A stretch of 64,000 nt of DNA, from assembly GCA_000320545.1 (NCBI GenBank), contig ADNK01000002.1:204028-268027 (forward strand), given 5' to 3'. This DNA is from Bigelowiella natans CCMP2755. Lineage: Eukaryota; Protista; Cercozoa. The notes beneath the pieces were generated by a model. That model made no database searches and had not been told where the DNA came from. It worked only from the letters and a program-made list of their open reading frames with translations. The translations under genes were made by a program, and so were the position numbers. Positions 28,505 to 41,489 of the stretch are shown here, piece after piece. How positions within the stretch are numbered: position 1 is the first letter of the stretch; every line of letters starts with the position of its first letter.

Positions 28505-29381
28505 CACTTTTTCCTCTCTCTCTAGCATTGCAACCCACCCCCCCGCCCCCCTCCTTCTTGGAATTAAAAAAAAGAGTTTGGTGCTATTATTATCGACGTG
28601 AAATACTACCGGGAAAAGGAGAGCGTGGCTATACTTCCTTCTCCTCGTCCTCATCATCATGCATGTGAGTATATTTATAGTCGATTAGATGTAAAAAAAC
28701 TGTGTATCGAACAGTATGAATCGGAGGAAGGCTGTATGTGCACATAAATCATAAATATGCACGTAGCTATGAATGCAATCATGTTACCAGTGACTCTATA
28801 AAAGGTATGCGTTGCAGCTAGAATTGTATTCAACGTCCGTGCAGAATCGCTATCGATCACTAGATACGCGGTGCTAGCTGCGCAGTCTAGATGTACATCA
28901 CTAGATCACTAGTTCATGCGTGACCATTGCGAGATGAACATTGTGTGGCAATAACGATGCAACGAAGCCGTGTGCATGCAACATCTAGGATGCGCGTATG
29001 ATATGAGAACACAATAAACAAGCGTCTAGCCAGACTTGGTGAATCGATTGTACTTTACAGCATACGCCATGAACGCATCATAAACATGATACGAAGTTTC
29101 ATTTGCTTTAATAACAACCACAGCTCATGCGTTGCTGGCCAAGGAGCAGACTACATTCCATGCTTACAGCTTGGTTGACCAAGCAGCCACGCTAATTAAT
29201 ATTGAGCATTCGCAGCCCTGTACGAGAAATGCTATGACTTGCCAATGCATAGTTTCGTATAATATATGGACGACGTGCCGCATGTGCAACGGTTTCATAA
29301 TATGAAGTGTCAACAGTTATCGGAAAAACGCAGTGATTTATTATAAATGAATAGTATATTCTATCATCATGATATCATCAT

Positions 29382-30113
29382 TCACCACGAATCAGCCATG
29401 GTATACGCAGCTGCCCTATTCTGTGACTCAAAAGCATACATCGCTGCCTCATCGGTACCCATTCTTTTATTGACAGAATCGGTTGCATGAACGATTTGCT
29501 TGTCTGACTCCCCGTCTCCTTTCTTCTCAGAGATGTACGCTACAATGGCGGTGATATTATCATCACTTCCCAGCTGTAGAGCGTCGCCAACAATGCTAAT
29601 CACGACGGAAACGAGAAAAACTGAGATAGAGATTACAATCTGCATTAGTGACATGATCGTACCTTTTAGAACCATAGTCAGCATGCTTGACTGTATTGTT
29701 GAGAATATCAACTGTTCTCTGGGGTGAAAGTACGTCCCTAACGGAGAAGAAAGAAAAGTAATGAACAACGGAATAATATTAAAACCAGCACACTACTTTC
29801 TATCCAAAATTATCATGCTAAATTATCATGAGCGGAAAGAACTTATTATGCAGTAAACTCGTGCTCGTTTAGTACCAGAGCCCATCAGTAGCAACAACGA
29901 GAAACTCGTCTCCAGGTTTGAGCAGATACTCATAAATCTATAATAATAACATGAATGATAAATAAGGGAGACGAAATAAATAGAAAGAAATGGAAGGAGT
30001 CCTTTCTCACAACCCTATCTCAACATGAAAAGGAAGGAAGGAAGAAGAAGAAGAAGAAAAAGTAGGAGAAGAACTCCTTTCTCAATCGAAACAATAGAAA
30101 GAAGGTTCATAAC

Positions 30114-30156
<43 letters not shown>

Positions 30157-30184
30157 AATCACAAAATGCAATAAACACAACATG

Positions 30185-30218
<34 letters not shown>

Positions 30219-31459
30219 GTGCGGGCGCGCACATGCTGTACTAGTAGAAATGAAGGCGGGAGAATCACTGCCGCTACACCCAATGTGTGTGCAGACGTAT
30301 TATCAGTTTGAGAGAGAGGGGAGGGAGGGGGGGGAAGAGGAAGAGAGAGATCATCATCTTGCATGCATCATTCAAAATAACAAGAAAATTAAAAGATATC
30401 AAAATATACACACTGGCATGCACATGCAGAAGCAAAGACGAGGCTCTGCAAATCATACCTCTGGCTCCGAAGTGAGGTACTTTGCGATTTTCCTATCACC
30501 GATGGCCCTGGAAACCTGAACGACACCACCTGTTCGGAGCTTGCCATCTTTAGTAAGCTTCACAAATCCTCCTCGGCTTTCAATGTCCTCCCTCTCTTTC
30601 TCATCGGAAGCAAGATGCATTTTGTTTAATGCAATTGCTTCGGTGCCACGGCACAGCACCGCCATGGAGTCCCCAGCATTTGCAACATACATCTTCCTCC
30701 CAGATATCAACACAGTGCATGCTGTGGTACCTTTAGGTATTTTTAAAAGCATACAGTAACAATATGTTCAGGCTACAACTTTGACTTCTTTTTCTCTCTT
30801 TTCAATAATACCAGAAACATCCTCCGCAAATTCGGCGGATTTTAGAAATTCCTGGTTCAGAAGATAGTGTGCTTGCTTTAGAACAGCCTGGCAAATAATC
30901 ATATGAAGTAGCATTATCATCATTGCTGTCAGCTACCACATAGTAAGTAGCAATACCTTGGGATCTTTCTTCTCCTGAATAGGTTTTAGCAGCTCAGGCA
31001 GTGCCGATGAGACGAATTTGGCTGCTCCATCTCCTCCATGACCATCATATACACCAAATAAGTGAAGATCTTTGTTACCGAATAGATTATGTTTGACGAT
31101 ATGGTAGTCTTCCATATATCCTCGTTTTCCCATTGTTGATATCACGCCTCCTCTTATAGATGGCGGAGGTGGAAGATTACTACTATTAGCCTCTTCTTTT
31201 TTCTTCTCTTCATCAAATTTTAACTCTGGCAGGGCCTCTGTGCGTGGCTTGATGTACTGTTTTGGAGCTAATGGATGAACAGCAGACCAAATCAAAGAAT
31301 AGATATTGATGATAATTAGATAATATTTTCGAGAAATAAAACACATCTACGCAACTACAAACTCCTAAGTTTGTACTGGTAAGGAAGGAAGAGGAGACGA
31401 AGAAGGAAGAGGAAGAGGAATGAGGGTGACGGGAATAACACGCAAATGAATGCAAAGCC

Positions 31460-31496
<37 letters not shown>

Positions 31497-32396
31497 ACTG
31501 TCACCACTTTCTATCCCTCTTCTCTTTATTTAAAGCGGTTTTTAACACCTTCAATTTTTGGTGCATTTTTGATAGCAGTATCCAGCATAAGCTTCCGCTC
31601 CTTATCTTTCGCATTCACCTAGATGACACAGATGGGAGTGAGTACCAAGGGAAGTTGTCATAATGGCAGCAAGGAAGAACTACAATTCTCCTCCTATTCA
31701 ACCACCTTGGAGACAAGGCCTTCTAATACTTTGACAGCTTCCGATGCTGTAGGACGGTCTTTAGCTTCAGGAGCCCAGCATTTCTTCATGAGAGAAAACA
31801 ATTCCTTTTCACAGTCGGATGGCGAATTGGAATGAGGGGGGGTAATATCAGGCCTAAGATCATCCTTGCAGATTGCTTTCATCAAGGACAATCTGTCGTA
31901 GCGGGTATCGACAACAGTGTAAAAGTTTTCCGTATCCTTTTCTGCGCCCATATATCTGCGTAATTTAAAAGCAAGAGTGCTCTTAAGAAGTTAAATGAGA
32001 GCGAATAGGAGAAAACCTACGATATCAATATATCTTCACTACGTTCTTCAGATGTTAAAAGAAAATGTTCATTTCTCCTCATTGTTATTTTCTCATCCAC
32101 AAGAAACTTTTACGTACGGTAAGTGGCCCGTGTAGAGTTCATTCATTGAGACGCCAAGAGCATATATATCACATGCACGTGTGTGGCTGAAGAAGTAATG
32201 GATGGAAGAAACATTTGTGTAAGGTATCCTAGGCAGTAATTTCAGAAGCATAGCAATTGCATTCATCTGCAGCTTTCCTTCTGTCTCTCTTTCATTCTTC
32301 TCCTTTTCTTGTTCACTTCTTTAAAATTTTCATATTTTTTTTTAAACTCATATCATTTCAAATTCTATCATCACCATGAGCACAACCACAGCTGCA

Positions 32397-32427
<31 letters not shown>

Positions 32428-33300
32428 AAACCACAAAATGTTACTAACTTTTTCCTCAGGAACAACTCAGGAGCCATGTACTCGAACGTCCCCATGATTT
32501 TCTTGAATCCTGCGCTCGGTCTTGTTGGCCTTTTGATTGCATCCCCCTCATCTAAAAGCTAGGTACCGAAGGGAGACAAAGGAAATACTACTCAGAATAT
32601 ATTCATGAAAAGAGTCGAAGAACCACCTTTTTTTCGTATTCTGCTAGGCCAAAATCGGTCAGTGTTGCAACCCCATCATTCCCAAGCAGGAGATTATGAG
32701 GCTTGATCTTGATATATACCATCCCAATATTCCATAAAAATGATAGATAATCAAAATAGGAATCATGATAAATAATTATGATAAACTGTGGTGAATAACT
32801 CAACTCACGTCTCTGTGGATGACACCCGAGTTGTGCATATTCTCGATTGCACGAGCGAGATCCAGGCAGAAGAGTACAACAAGCTTGAAATCCTTTTGGA
32901 CTGGAACTAGTCGAAGATGCATCAGCTCATACATACTCCCGTGTGGCTTCCACGGAAGAATGTAGGCGTAGTTCGGAGCAGTCTCGCAAACAGCCAACGG
33001 TTTAATGATATTTTTGCACTTGAGCTGCTTCATAATTGCAAGTTCCTGATCGAAGCGATCAAAGCAGTCGGAATCTGTAATTTTTATCTGAAAACAGATA
33101 TTTCATAATCAGAATTTAGTTCGATGCGGATTTGATTTCACTTTACCCACCTTTTTAACGACAACCGTCTCGCCCTTTACGGAGTCACCTGTGAAGACGA
33201 TGCTCCCGGGTGTCTCACACAAAACTCGTTTACGTTGGGGTACTGTCTTCTTTATTTCGACGGCAACGTTTTCGTCGACTTCCATTGCTGAGGCTGGCAT
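29382..33300 (-). CDS. Protein kinase - PP2C phosphatase fusion (Arabidopsis At2g40860-like architecture)
   Basis: Kinase: VVVKK, GVIHRD|IKPHNLLL, LTDFGLA, IMGTFEYMAPELF, CDIYALG, CWAPEAKDRPTA. PP2C: GKRGYMED, FGVYDGHGG, GTTA, YVANAGDS, VSRAIGD, EFLVVATDGLW|DVL and GSDDNITAIV, ending ADSW-TGA at 29382. Confidence 0.9.
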
Positions 33301-34066
33301 CTTACGTACAATTCTGTGCGAATGTGTTTTTCGTGATGTCGCGTGTTTGGTTGACGCCTGAGAAGGTATGAAAGTTTCAAAAGTTAGAGTTGGTAACCAG
33401 GTAAAAGAAATCAAAGTTGTTAGTGTCTACGATTTAATAGGGTTATCATGGAGTGTGGTACTATTCACTACTGAGGAAGAGTGGCGATCAGGATGTGGAG
33501 GATCCACTGAGTGGCAGGCCACGTGTCTACGTACTTGTTGAGTCACTTGTGCTGTCGCATCCGAATAACATAGGGCATTTACATGCTATGAGCAATGCGC
33601 AAATGATGCATGTAGGTGAATGCGGATAGGGGATTTGGGAGCAGAGACATGCATCATTTAGATCTTAGAGCATCATCTTGTAGATCTATTTGGGTGTGAA
33701 GTGAGTGAAAGAGTGAGTGAGAGTGAGTAGTGAGAGGTTTCCTACCTGTGCTACCTACTTTACTCCGAAAGAACATCATTTTTTACTATGCGACAAGGAA
33801 CAAACAAGATCGCACCCTCAAAATTGTTAGTTGCATAAAAATAAAATAAAGAGAATCAATCAACCATTGAAATTAAGTTGCCAACCCCACACCCGAACTT
33901 TCTTCCAACGCAACAGGGGAGTACAAGAAAGGGGAAGGAAAAGAACAAAGAGGACGAAAAATTTGGACACGAAAAGGGAGGCAGAAAACAATCAATCAGA
34001 AGAGGAAATCTGTTTCCTCCTTCTTTCTTCCTCAGCGTGAAAGGAATTAAAGTATTCACATCCAAA

Positions 34067-35007
34067 ATGGAGTCGAAACAGCTTGTCCCCGCTGCCCCCA
34101 CTCCAACAACCAATCCGTCGACTCCTCTTCAGGTTCTTTGCCATAATTTAGAATTAATCCGTTTTTGCTTTTTTGACCAGAATGCTAATTTTATCAGTTC
34201 GAGATTGTCGTCTTCCACCGACAAAATGAGATCACTGTGGTTGCGATCGTCCCTCGATTACAAACAGCATTATTGGGTGACGTCAGTAACTCTTCACCAA
34301 CCAATAATCCAGCAATCAGTGTTCAAATCCAACGTCTTTTATCAACATTCATGGGGGGAGTGATGTCACGAAACATGCAAGAATTTTGGGAACGTGCCAT
34401 GGACACGCAGGCTGGATTAGTACCGACACCAGCCAGTCAGAAGAGCATCAATGCTCTCCCAACAAATCATATTCAGCCATTTGAGAGAATACTATCTGAT
34501 CGATGCACTGTTTGTCAAGAAAAATATGAAATTGGTGACAAAGTTACACACCTCCCGTGCGGTCACACTTTTCACAGAGAATGCGTGATTCAATGGTTGA
34601 AGCAGAAAAACTCATGTCCTCTCTGTAGAGCAAAGGTCGACAATGAAGACGACCAGAAAGCTGAAAGTGGAAATTTGAACGAAGACGACCAGAAGGATAA
34701 AAGTGGAAATTTGAATGCCGGTGATACTAGCGAGGAAAAAGACAGTCAAAAACAGGGACAAATTGAGGAAAATTCGCAAACTATTGCTTGGTCAGATTCT
34801 AAAGTGGAGGAGGTTAAGAATAACACCTCCAATCCTACCCAAGTAACAAGAGCTTCACGCGCGTCCTTTGTACCTTCATCATTGTTATCAGCTACCACTA
34901 CAGTAACGCCCCTTCCAAACGCTGTTCTCCCTATTCGTCGTGGAATGCAAAGGCATTCGCATCCACAACCACAGACCTCTGGGCACGGATGCTGCACAAT
35001 TTCATAA
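34067..35007 (+). CDS. RING-H2 E3 ubiquitin ligase (RNF181/RNF126-like finger) with C-terminal CCTIS
   Basis: MESKQLVPAAPTPTTNPSTPLQ, then an intron, then FEIVVFHRQ...CTVCQEKYEIGDKVTHLPCGHTFHRECVIQWLKQKNSCPLCR (C3H2C3); ends GCCTIS*. Confidence 0.88.
34645..34716 (+). repeat. Coding tandem repeat, 2 x 36 bp (EDDQKxxSGNLN)
   Basis: GAAGACGACCAGAAAGCTGAAAGTGGAAATTTGAAC followed by GAAGACGACCAGAAGGATAAAAGTGGAAATTTGAAT. Confidence 0.9.
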
Positions 35008-35777
35008 ACCGATTCATATCGCTTACATGGAATTTAGCTCGATTTAGAATGAAAATCATACCACAAATGAAGTATCATGGTTGTAGTTTTCATGGGCCAC
35101 TAATATCATTCCCGATACTTTTCAAGGACATGGAGCACCTTCTTATTCATGTATCCATCCTCCTCTAAATCCATTGTATGATCCCAGAACGGACTTATTG
35201 GGGATTTACAGCATACAGCATTAATAGTGTACATATCTTCACTCTCGACCATAATTTCCTGGTCGTTGTACAGCTTGTTCAGCACGAATAGCTAATTTTA
35301 AAGTGGAATATTTAGACCACATATTAGCCAATAAAATATCCATCCTATGTTTCTAACACAATGCATTCACATGTTCTAGTTTCCTCAAATGAGTGGATAA
35401 ATAACAGCCAGAGAAATACGATCTACACATGGAAGGTGTGCTTGAAGCCTGAGTGTGCTATGCCTGAATCATTATTATCCACATTGTGTATGTGCTTCAC
35501 AACGCTACGTACTAGCGTACCTAGGTACGGACGCACGCCGCAATGCGCAGCATGGCGCAGATCGTGTCGCGATTGCGATGTCGCATGTTACTTCACAAAT
35601 ACACACAGTGCTAAGAGGGGGCCTTGATTCGCAATCGAGCGTGCATGCAGAATTATATTAATAACGCATTCCATCTATGAGTTAAATAAAAACATTGTAT
35701 GATTATCAGCATGCTGGGCTAATGAAGTTGTGCGTCGGTACGAAAGTGGGCTCCACAGAATGTCGCCATGTGTGGTA

Positions 35778-37118
35778 TTAAATTGTAATCTCTTCGTCAT
35801 CGCTATCAATTATCTGTGCAGGACCTAGGGATGCTGCTACTCTGTCTGCTCTATTCGAGGCACTGATGGAATTTTGGGGTTCTGAACCCACTCCTACGCA
35901 GCGCTCTTTCACCCATTCTGCATCTCTGAATGCCATCCCAACCCCTGGATGGTATCTATATTTTTCCTCGATGACCCCACTCATCATTTGAGATCTTCTT
36001 TTTTCAAATTTGTGAAGCTCGGAGATGTAGCGTCTGAGCGTTGAAAATTCATGGGAAGTTCCGATTCTTTTCCGACACATATTAACTAGGTCTTGGCCAG
36101 ACCCAGTGTACATTAGTTTTTCGAGAATTATGCTCATAGCTTTATCAATATTTTCTCCCGTTAAGGCGCTTACCTCTATAAAGCTGCATCCGTAATATCG
36201 TGCTAGTATTTCTCCTTCTCTTGAATTCACAACTAATCTCGGACCAACCGCTTCAATTACACTATCCTGGAGATAACTTGGAAGCATATTGAGGTCGCGA
36301 GAAACGGTTTTCTGAATAATAGCACCTCGATCGGAGTAATCTTTTTTGTTTGCAACGATAAGAATTCTTTCTTGTCTGTTAGCTGCTGATCTTTCATAAT
36401 CTCTGCTGTGATGGTGGGAATCATTCCCTTCTCTTCCCTCTCCATTTTGTAGTTGCTGATAGTGCTTCTTATACTCCTCAGGATGCCACCAGTTCTCTTT
36501 ACTTCTTGCAGCATGGGCATTTAGCCATAGAAGTACTCGCTCAAAGGTGGATCTTCGTGTTACATCGTACATTACAATGAATGCATCGCATTCATCTATC
36601 ATTGGTTGCGGTGGTGATGGAATTGAAGTATCAGGTGAAACATGAGACTCAGCTGATGGAGTCAGAATAGAAGTTGACGATGATGATCCTGATAGGTATC
36701 TCATGTCCCCACGAATATCAAAAAACGTAATTGTACGGCTCATTTTTTGAATTTTCATTCCATTTTTCCTTTCGTATTCAATTGATTTACTATAATCTCC
36801 CATAACTTTCACAACAATCGGCCAGTTTCTTCTGGCGTTTTCTTCTCCTTCCCCGCTCATCATGGTAACTGTAGGCTGTTCATCGTGACGAAATTTAGAT
36901 TCCAGAACACGGCGGGCGAATGACGTTTTCCCAACGCCCTCGTCTCCAAGGAGGTGAATTTTAATGTGAAACATGCATGTTGGTAGTTGAGGTGATATTT
37001 GGGAATTAGCCTCACCCCAGCATTTTGCTTCCTTCAAGGCTTTCTCCCAGCGCTCAGGATCAGCTCTCCGCTGTTTCACAACGTAGTTAGCTTTTCCCGT
37101 AGGTAATGTATTACCCAT
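35778..37118 (-). CDS. Atypical large Ras/Rab-superfamily GTPase, single exon, 446 aa
   Basis: G1 LLGDEGVGKTS, G2 QPT, G3 FFDIRGD, FIVMYDVTRRSTF, G4 IVANKKD, G5 FIEVSALTGENI. N-terminal MGNT; long insertions between G boxes. Confidence 0.88.
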   Translation of the reverse strand: MGNTLPTGKANYVVKQRRADPERWEKALKEAKCWGEANSQISPQLPTCMFHIKIHLLGDEGVGKTSFARRVLESKFRHDEQPTVTMMSGEGEENARRNWPIVVKVMGDYSKSIEYERKNGMKIQKMSRTITFFDIRGDMRYLSGSSSSTSILTPSAESHVSPDTSIPSPPQPMIDECDAFIVMYDVTRRSTFERVLLWLNAHAARSKENWWHPEEYKKHYQQLQNGEGREGNDSHHHSRDYERSAANRQERILIVANKKDYSDRGAIIQKTVSRDLNMLPSYLQDSVIEAVGPRLVVNSREGEILARYYGCSFIEVSALTGENIDKAMSIILEKLMYTGSGQDLVNMCRKRIGTSHEFSTLRRYISELHKFEKRRSQMMSGVIEEKYRYHPGVGMAFRDAEWVKERCVGVGSEPQNSISASNRADRVAASLGPAQIIDSDDEEITI

Positions 37119-37936
37119 TGCTCCTGTATTGAATATTTAGTACATATTTTGACTTCTTGATCTTCGTATTCTTTTTACTGTCGTGTTAGCTTCGATTAAA
37201 GCACAAGAGCTGGAGTTGTTAAAGTTGTTCCTACGGCGGGTATCGTCAACAGCTACGCCACTACCTACTTCCCACAAGCGAGTGGATCCCGGACCTAGTC
37301 TAGGCGAACGAAAAGTAAAAGGAAGAGGTCTTGTCTTTTAGTCGTCGTAGTGTCGTACTATTACTACTATGTTCTGAAGATAGCTCTTAGTAGCTCGGTA
37401 GGTAGGTAGATAGGTAGGTAGAGTAGGTAGTCTTTTCCTCCTTCTTCTTCCTCCTCCTCCTGTTCTTCTTTCCTGCACGACGAAGATGGAAGGAGAGCTT
37501 TGAAAAGGAGAAAGCTACGAGTACTACCTGGGCTACTACCACCCCGTCCCTTTGGGCAAGAGCGACAACTATTTATAAACAAAATTGGCCTGCTTTAGAC
37601 CAGAGCGACAGACAGGATGAAAGTGCTTGCTTGCGACAATCAAATCGGTCCATCAACACATCAACACAGAGTGTTCACACAGACATCACATGTTGATGGT
37701 ATCCCCCAACGAGTGAGTTACTCAGAAAAGAATTGACGGGTGGGAGGATCACGCTACTGGGCTTCACCACTCACCACAAGACTTGAACACGTGCGACGAA
37801 AAGCTAGTCATTTCACGTTGCTAGCCTGAAAGTAGTGAAAAGTGGTGATACACTACAGGTGTCACGAGAGCACGACGAACAATTTGATATCCTCAGAGGG
37901 TTGAAAGCTCCAATATACTAATCAGTCGAAGAGTAG

Positions 37937-40900
37937 ATGATGCTCCTGACCTATCGTTCATTTCTTCCTGCGGTATTGACAGTTCTTCTTCTGTCATCAT
38001 CAGTGAAGATTACTTCTGGTACACCAGACCGAATGTCATGCGACATTTCGACGTGGAGTGTAGGTGCAGCAGTCACCACACAGATGAACGTCGGTTCCCG
38101 CACAATGTCCGATGGATCTTCTGCAATATCAATAACAACTGATATGCCGTCAAGCAATAGATATTTTCCAAATTATCAATACAGTATTACCGTATCTACA
38201 ACAGCGATTTTATCGCAGAAAGTAGTAGTTTCAGCTGGCTCAATAAATGGGCAAGTTTGCGTAAACAGGTATCACTAGTATACATGATGCCAACAATTCT
38301 GGATGAAGTACATTGCTTCTTCATTTCATAATTTATTCATTTAGAAACGTGCAGAGGCACTCGCACACATACACGTGGACTGCACCTGCGGCTGGCTCGG
38401 GCACCGTATCCTTTCACATTCTGGCGGGAAATCTGGATGTCGTCTATGTTCTTGTAAGATTCGATCGAGATTATGCAATTTAAAATCTTTACCGATGATG
38501 TTGAATGTGTGCTATCTCAGCCTTCAACGACAACATTCACGGAATTAACCTCCACAGCTCCAACGGTATTTGCTTGTCGAACTTGTTTCTTCTTACCTAA
38601 ACTAAGAGCTTATGATTTAATCATCGCAGTCTACCTTCAACCCTACAAGTTCTCCCATTGTTATAAGTCATAGTCCCAGCGCGGCTCCTTCAATTTCGGC
38701 TTCTCCAACAACTCTATCAAACAATCATGTAAGAGAGCAGAACGATGATGATATCGAGCCTCCCTTAATTCTAACAACATGTGTGTTTTAAAATTAGAAT
38801 GCTTGCTTTGATAGTACGCTCAATACTTATCAATGTTCATTTACGGATAAAGGACTCACGGTCTGTCATCTGTCTTGATGCAAAATGTGATAGGGTGTTA
38901 CGTCGACAGTTATATCCCTTCTGTAACCCTAATGTATGTTCCTCACATTACTGCTACCCGATGATATATCGATTACGTCCTTCAGATACTATGGTCCTAC
39001 AGTAATAGCGAGATTGCCTTTAATGTTTCAAAATCGACTGATGGGTGGGTTAGCCTGGGATTTGGAAAGGAGATGGTTGGGGCCGTTGCTGTAATTGGAT
39101 GGTGCATAGGAGGATCACACTTCATACAAGGTTGGTACTACTCGGACTGCATACAGTAATGAGTGAGATCATCAAGAGCAACTTTTTGACTTTTGTACTA
39201 GCGGGTCATCAGTTTTGTTACCGATAGTTGTGGTCACCCATTCAATTTTTAAATCATAAATCAGACTACAAACTCAACTCTAAGCAAAGTAGCGGTGTGA
39301 ATCCTGTGAGTACTGTTCTCCGTGATCTCGCTTGCAGGTATAGGAGACTGTTTTAATCATATCATTTGAAGTGTAATCGTTGACGAGGGTAGGAATAGCG
39401 ACGATCAGGATTCTCCTCATGATTATGTATCATATTTACAGCGAAATAAACGGAGTGACGAGCATTAAGTACATTCAGCCTATAAGTTCAAATGATCTAA
39501 CAATTGATCTCACCACTTTTCAAAGGGTATATGCCCGTCGTAAGAAATGAATTAGATGATGTGCAGTGATCTGAATACATTAATTGATTTTATCAAAAGA
39601 ACAAGAATGATTAAGACTATTGTTTCAAGGTCATATACGCATGGGGCACATCAGATTCGAAATCGAAGTAATTTAGCCATATTGAAGAATCATCAGTTTG
39701 ACAGTTTTCCAAGCATTTGTTTTTCAATTATTTTTGACTTGTCATTGTCCCATATATTCCGCTGTTCCTCATCTATCGTAGGCACGATGATGATGATCAA
39801 GGCCGGGCCGAAATTAATTTTAAAACAGGCGAAGCTAAACTTATTGATGATGAAGATCATGCCCTAGGGCACGGAATATGCATGTGGATTGCATTCTCGT
39901 TTCTTCTTGTTTCTGGAATTCTTGTATCAAGATATGGTAAAACCTTTGCCCCAACCCGATGGCTCCTCGCACACATCGGTCTTCATTTCCTCGGTAGTAG
40001 TTGCGACATGAATCTCTTCTCACACCTAAGTGTTATAAAGCCATTGGATTTTGCGCGGAGGATCTGAATTTGAATATGTCCATATACTACTACTCTCAAT
40101 GACAAGACAAATATCATGATTCCAATACTACTTCTCTCAATGACAAGACAAATACTATGAATCCAATACAGCTCTAATCTTCGCCTCTGCGGGGCTAGGA
40201 ATTGCATTTGTACATTTTGATGAGGTAGTAGATAATTTTTCTCCTGGGACTCAAATGTTTATAACTGTCATCATGATTAATCATCGTAACATGCTCAGCC
40301 ACTGGAGTCATCTCATGGGCAACTTGGCCTTGTAATCTGTATTGCTCTAATTTGCCAGGTGCAAAGAATAAATTCTCTATCCATCTATTCAACAGTCTGT
40401 CGAGGAAATCTGATCGTGCTAATTGTTATCACATATTGACCAGATTCTGGCAGGAGGATTTTTGCGACCGGATAAATCTGTACCAAAGTCAAAAAAGAGA
40501 TTTATGTGGGAAATTGGGCATAAAGTAAGTTGATCAGTAAGGAAGAAATACAATTTTTGTTGTCTCTACTATGAAATATATTTACATATAAACCTCACCA
40601 TATATCGCAGGGAGTTGGAAGCGCAATCGTTGTAATGGCATTAGTAAATGTATTTACGGGACTTTTACTTGAGGGCGAAGGCGACGAAGGAGGAGAACAT
40701 TCCCTCTTCCTGTAAAATTTTATTGTTTTGGAAACATCTTCGACTTGGAACTTATTCATGTACCATATTCAGTGGCCTCCATGTAGGGTGGATACTCTTC
40801 ATCGTTGTGGTATGTTGTTTCTGAATGGTTTGCGAAACCTTATCATGCATCAGTATTTAATTATGTTTGTGTTTGTGTTTGTGGCAGACGATTTGCATTT

Positions 40901-41118
40901 TTGAGTTTCTTTTTCGAGGAAGGCTAAAATCGGATGAAACTCTGGACGATTTGGGAGATCAGATGCATCAAGAAATGGATGATAGAAAAATCGTGACTAA
41001 CGACGACATCGGAAGTAAAGGAGGCACATCCATCATAGCTTCGGGAGAGCCTCAAGTAGAAGCTATCGGTGGGTCCATAGTTATTAATCAGAATGGTGAT
41101 CGTGTTGCCCATGTGTGA
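37937..41118 (+). CDS. DOMON + cytochrome b561 ferric-reductase-like protein with signal peptide and possible reeler-like N-terminal domain (FRRS1/SDR2-like architecture)
   Basis: Signal peptide MMLLTYRSFLPAVLTVLLLSSSV. DOMON: DGWVSLGFGKEMVGAVAVIG, VIYAWG, HDDDDQG. Cytochrome b561 with four haem His: HGICMWIAF, WLLAHIGLH, SSHGQLG, and RP...RFMWEIGHK|GVG. Confidence 0.85.
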
Positions 41119-41489
41119 CAAAGCCATGACGAATTTCAGCAACAAAAAGGCAGGTGCAGTCATCATGACGCATTATCAGCAACTTTGCATTGTTAGATCG
41201 GGTCAGACACCTTGCAACACAGTCGATGTGGCAGCTGCTTGTTGACCAGCTAGCCAGATTCTCTAAAATTTTGATATGTGGGGTGTGCTTGTTGAGATGT
41301 GCCATGCATTTTGATGACTTGCACATGATCGGAACAACATTGACATGTAGCTGCATGTTTGCAGCAGCATCATATGCGCCCAGTGGATGGTCCATTCACG
41401 GTTAGGTTTCGCATGCTGTGCTTTCAAACAGTTTCTTCAAGACCTCACACCGCCACATGAGCCTAGGATGACCATTGAACAAATTTAAT

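Noticed and set aside
27741-28860. Short minus- and plus-strand ORFs between the BORCS7-like and PP2C genes
   Set aside because: No recognisable motif and no consistent splice chain found; a small gene is not excluded.
40084-40170. 2 x 41 bp tandem repeat
   Set aside because: Real, but intronic and with no sign of function.
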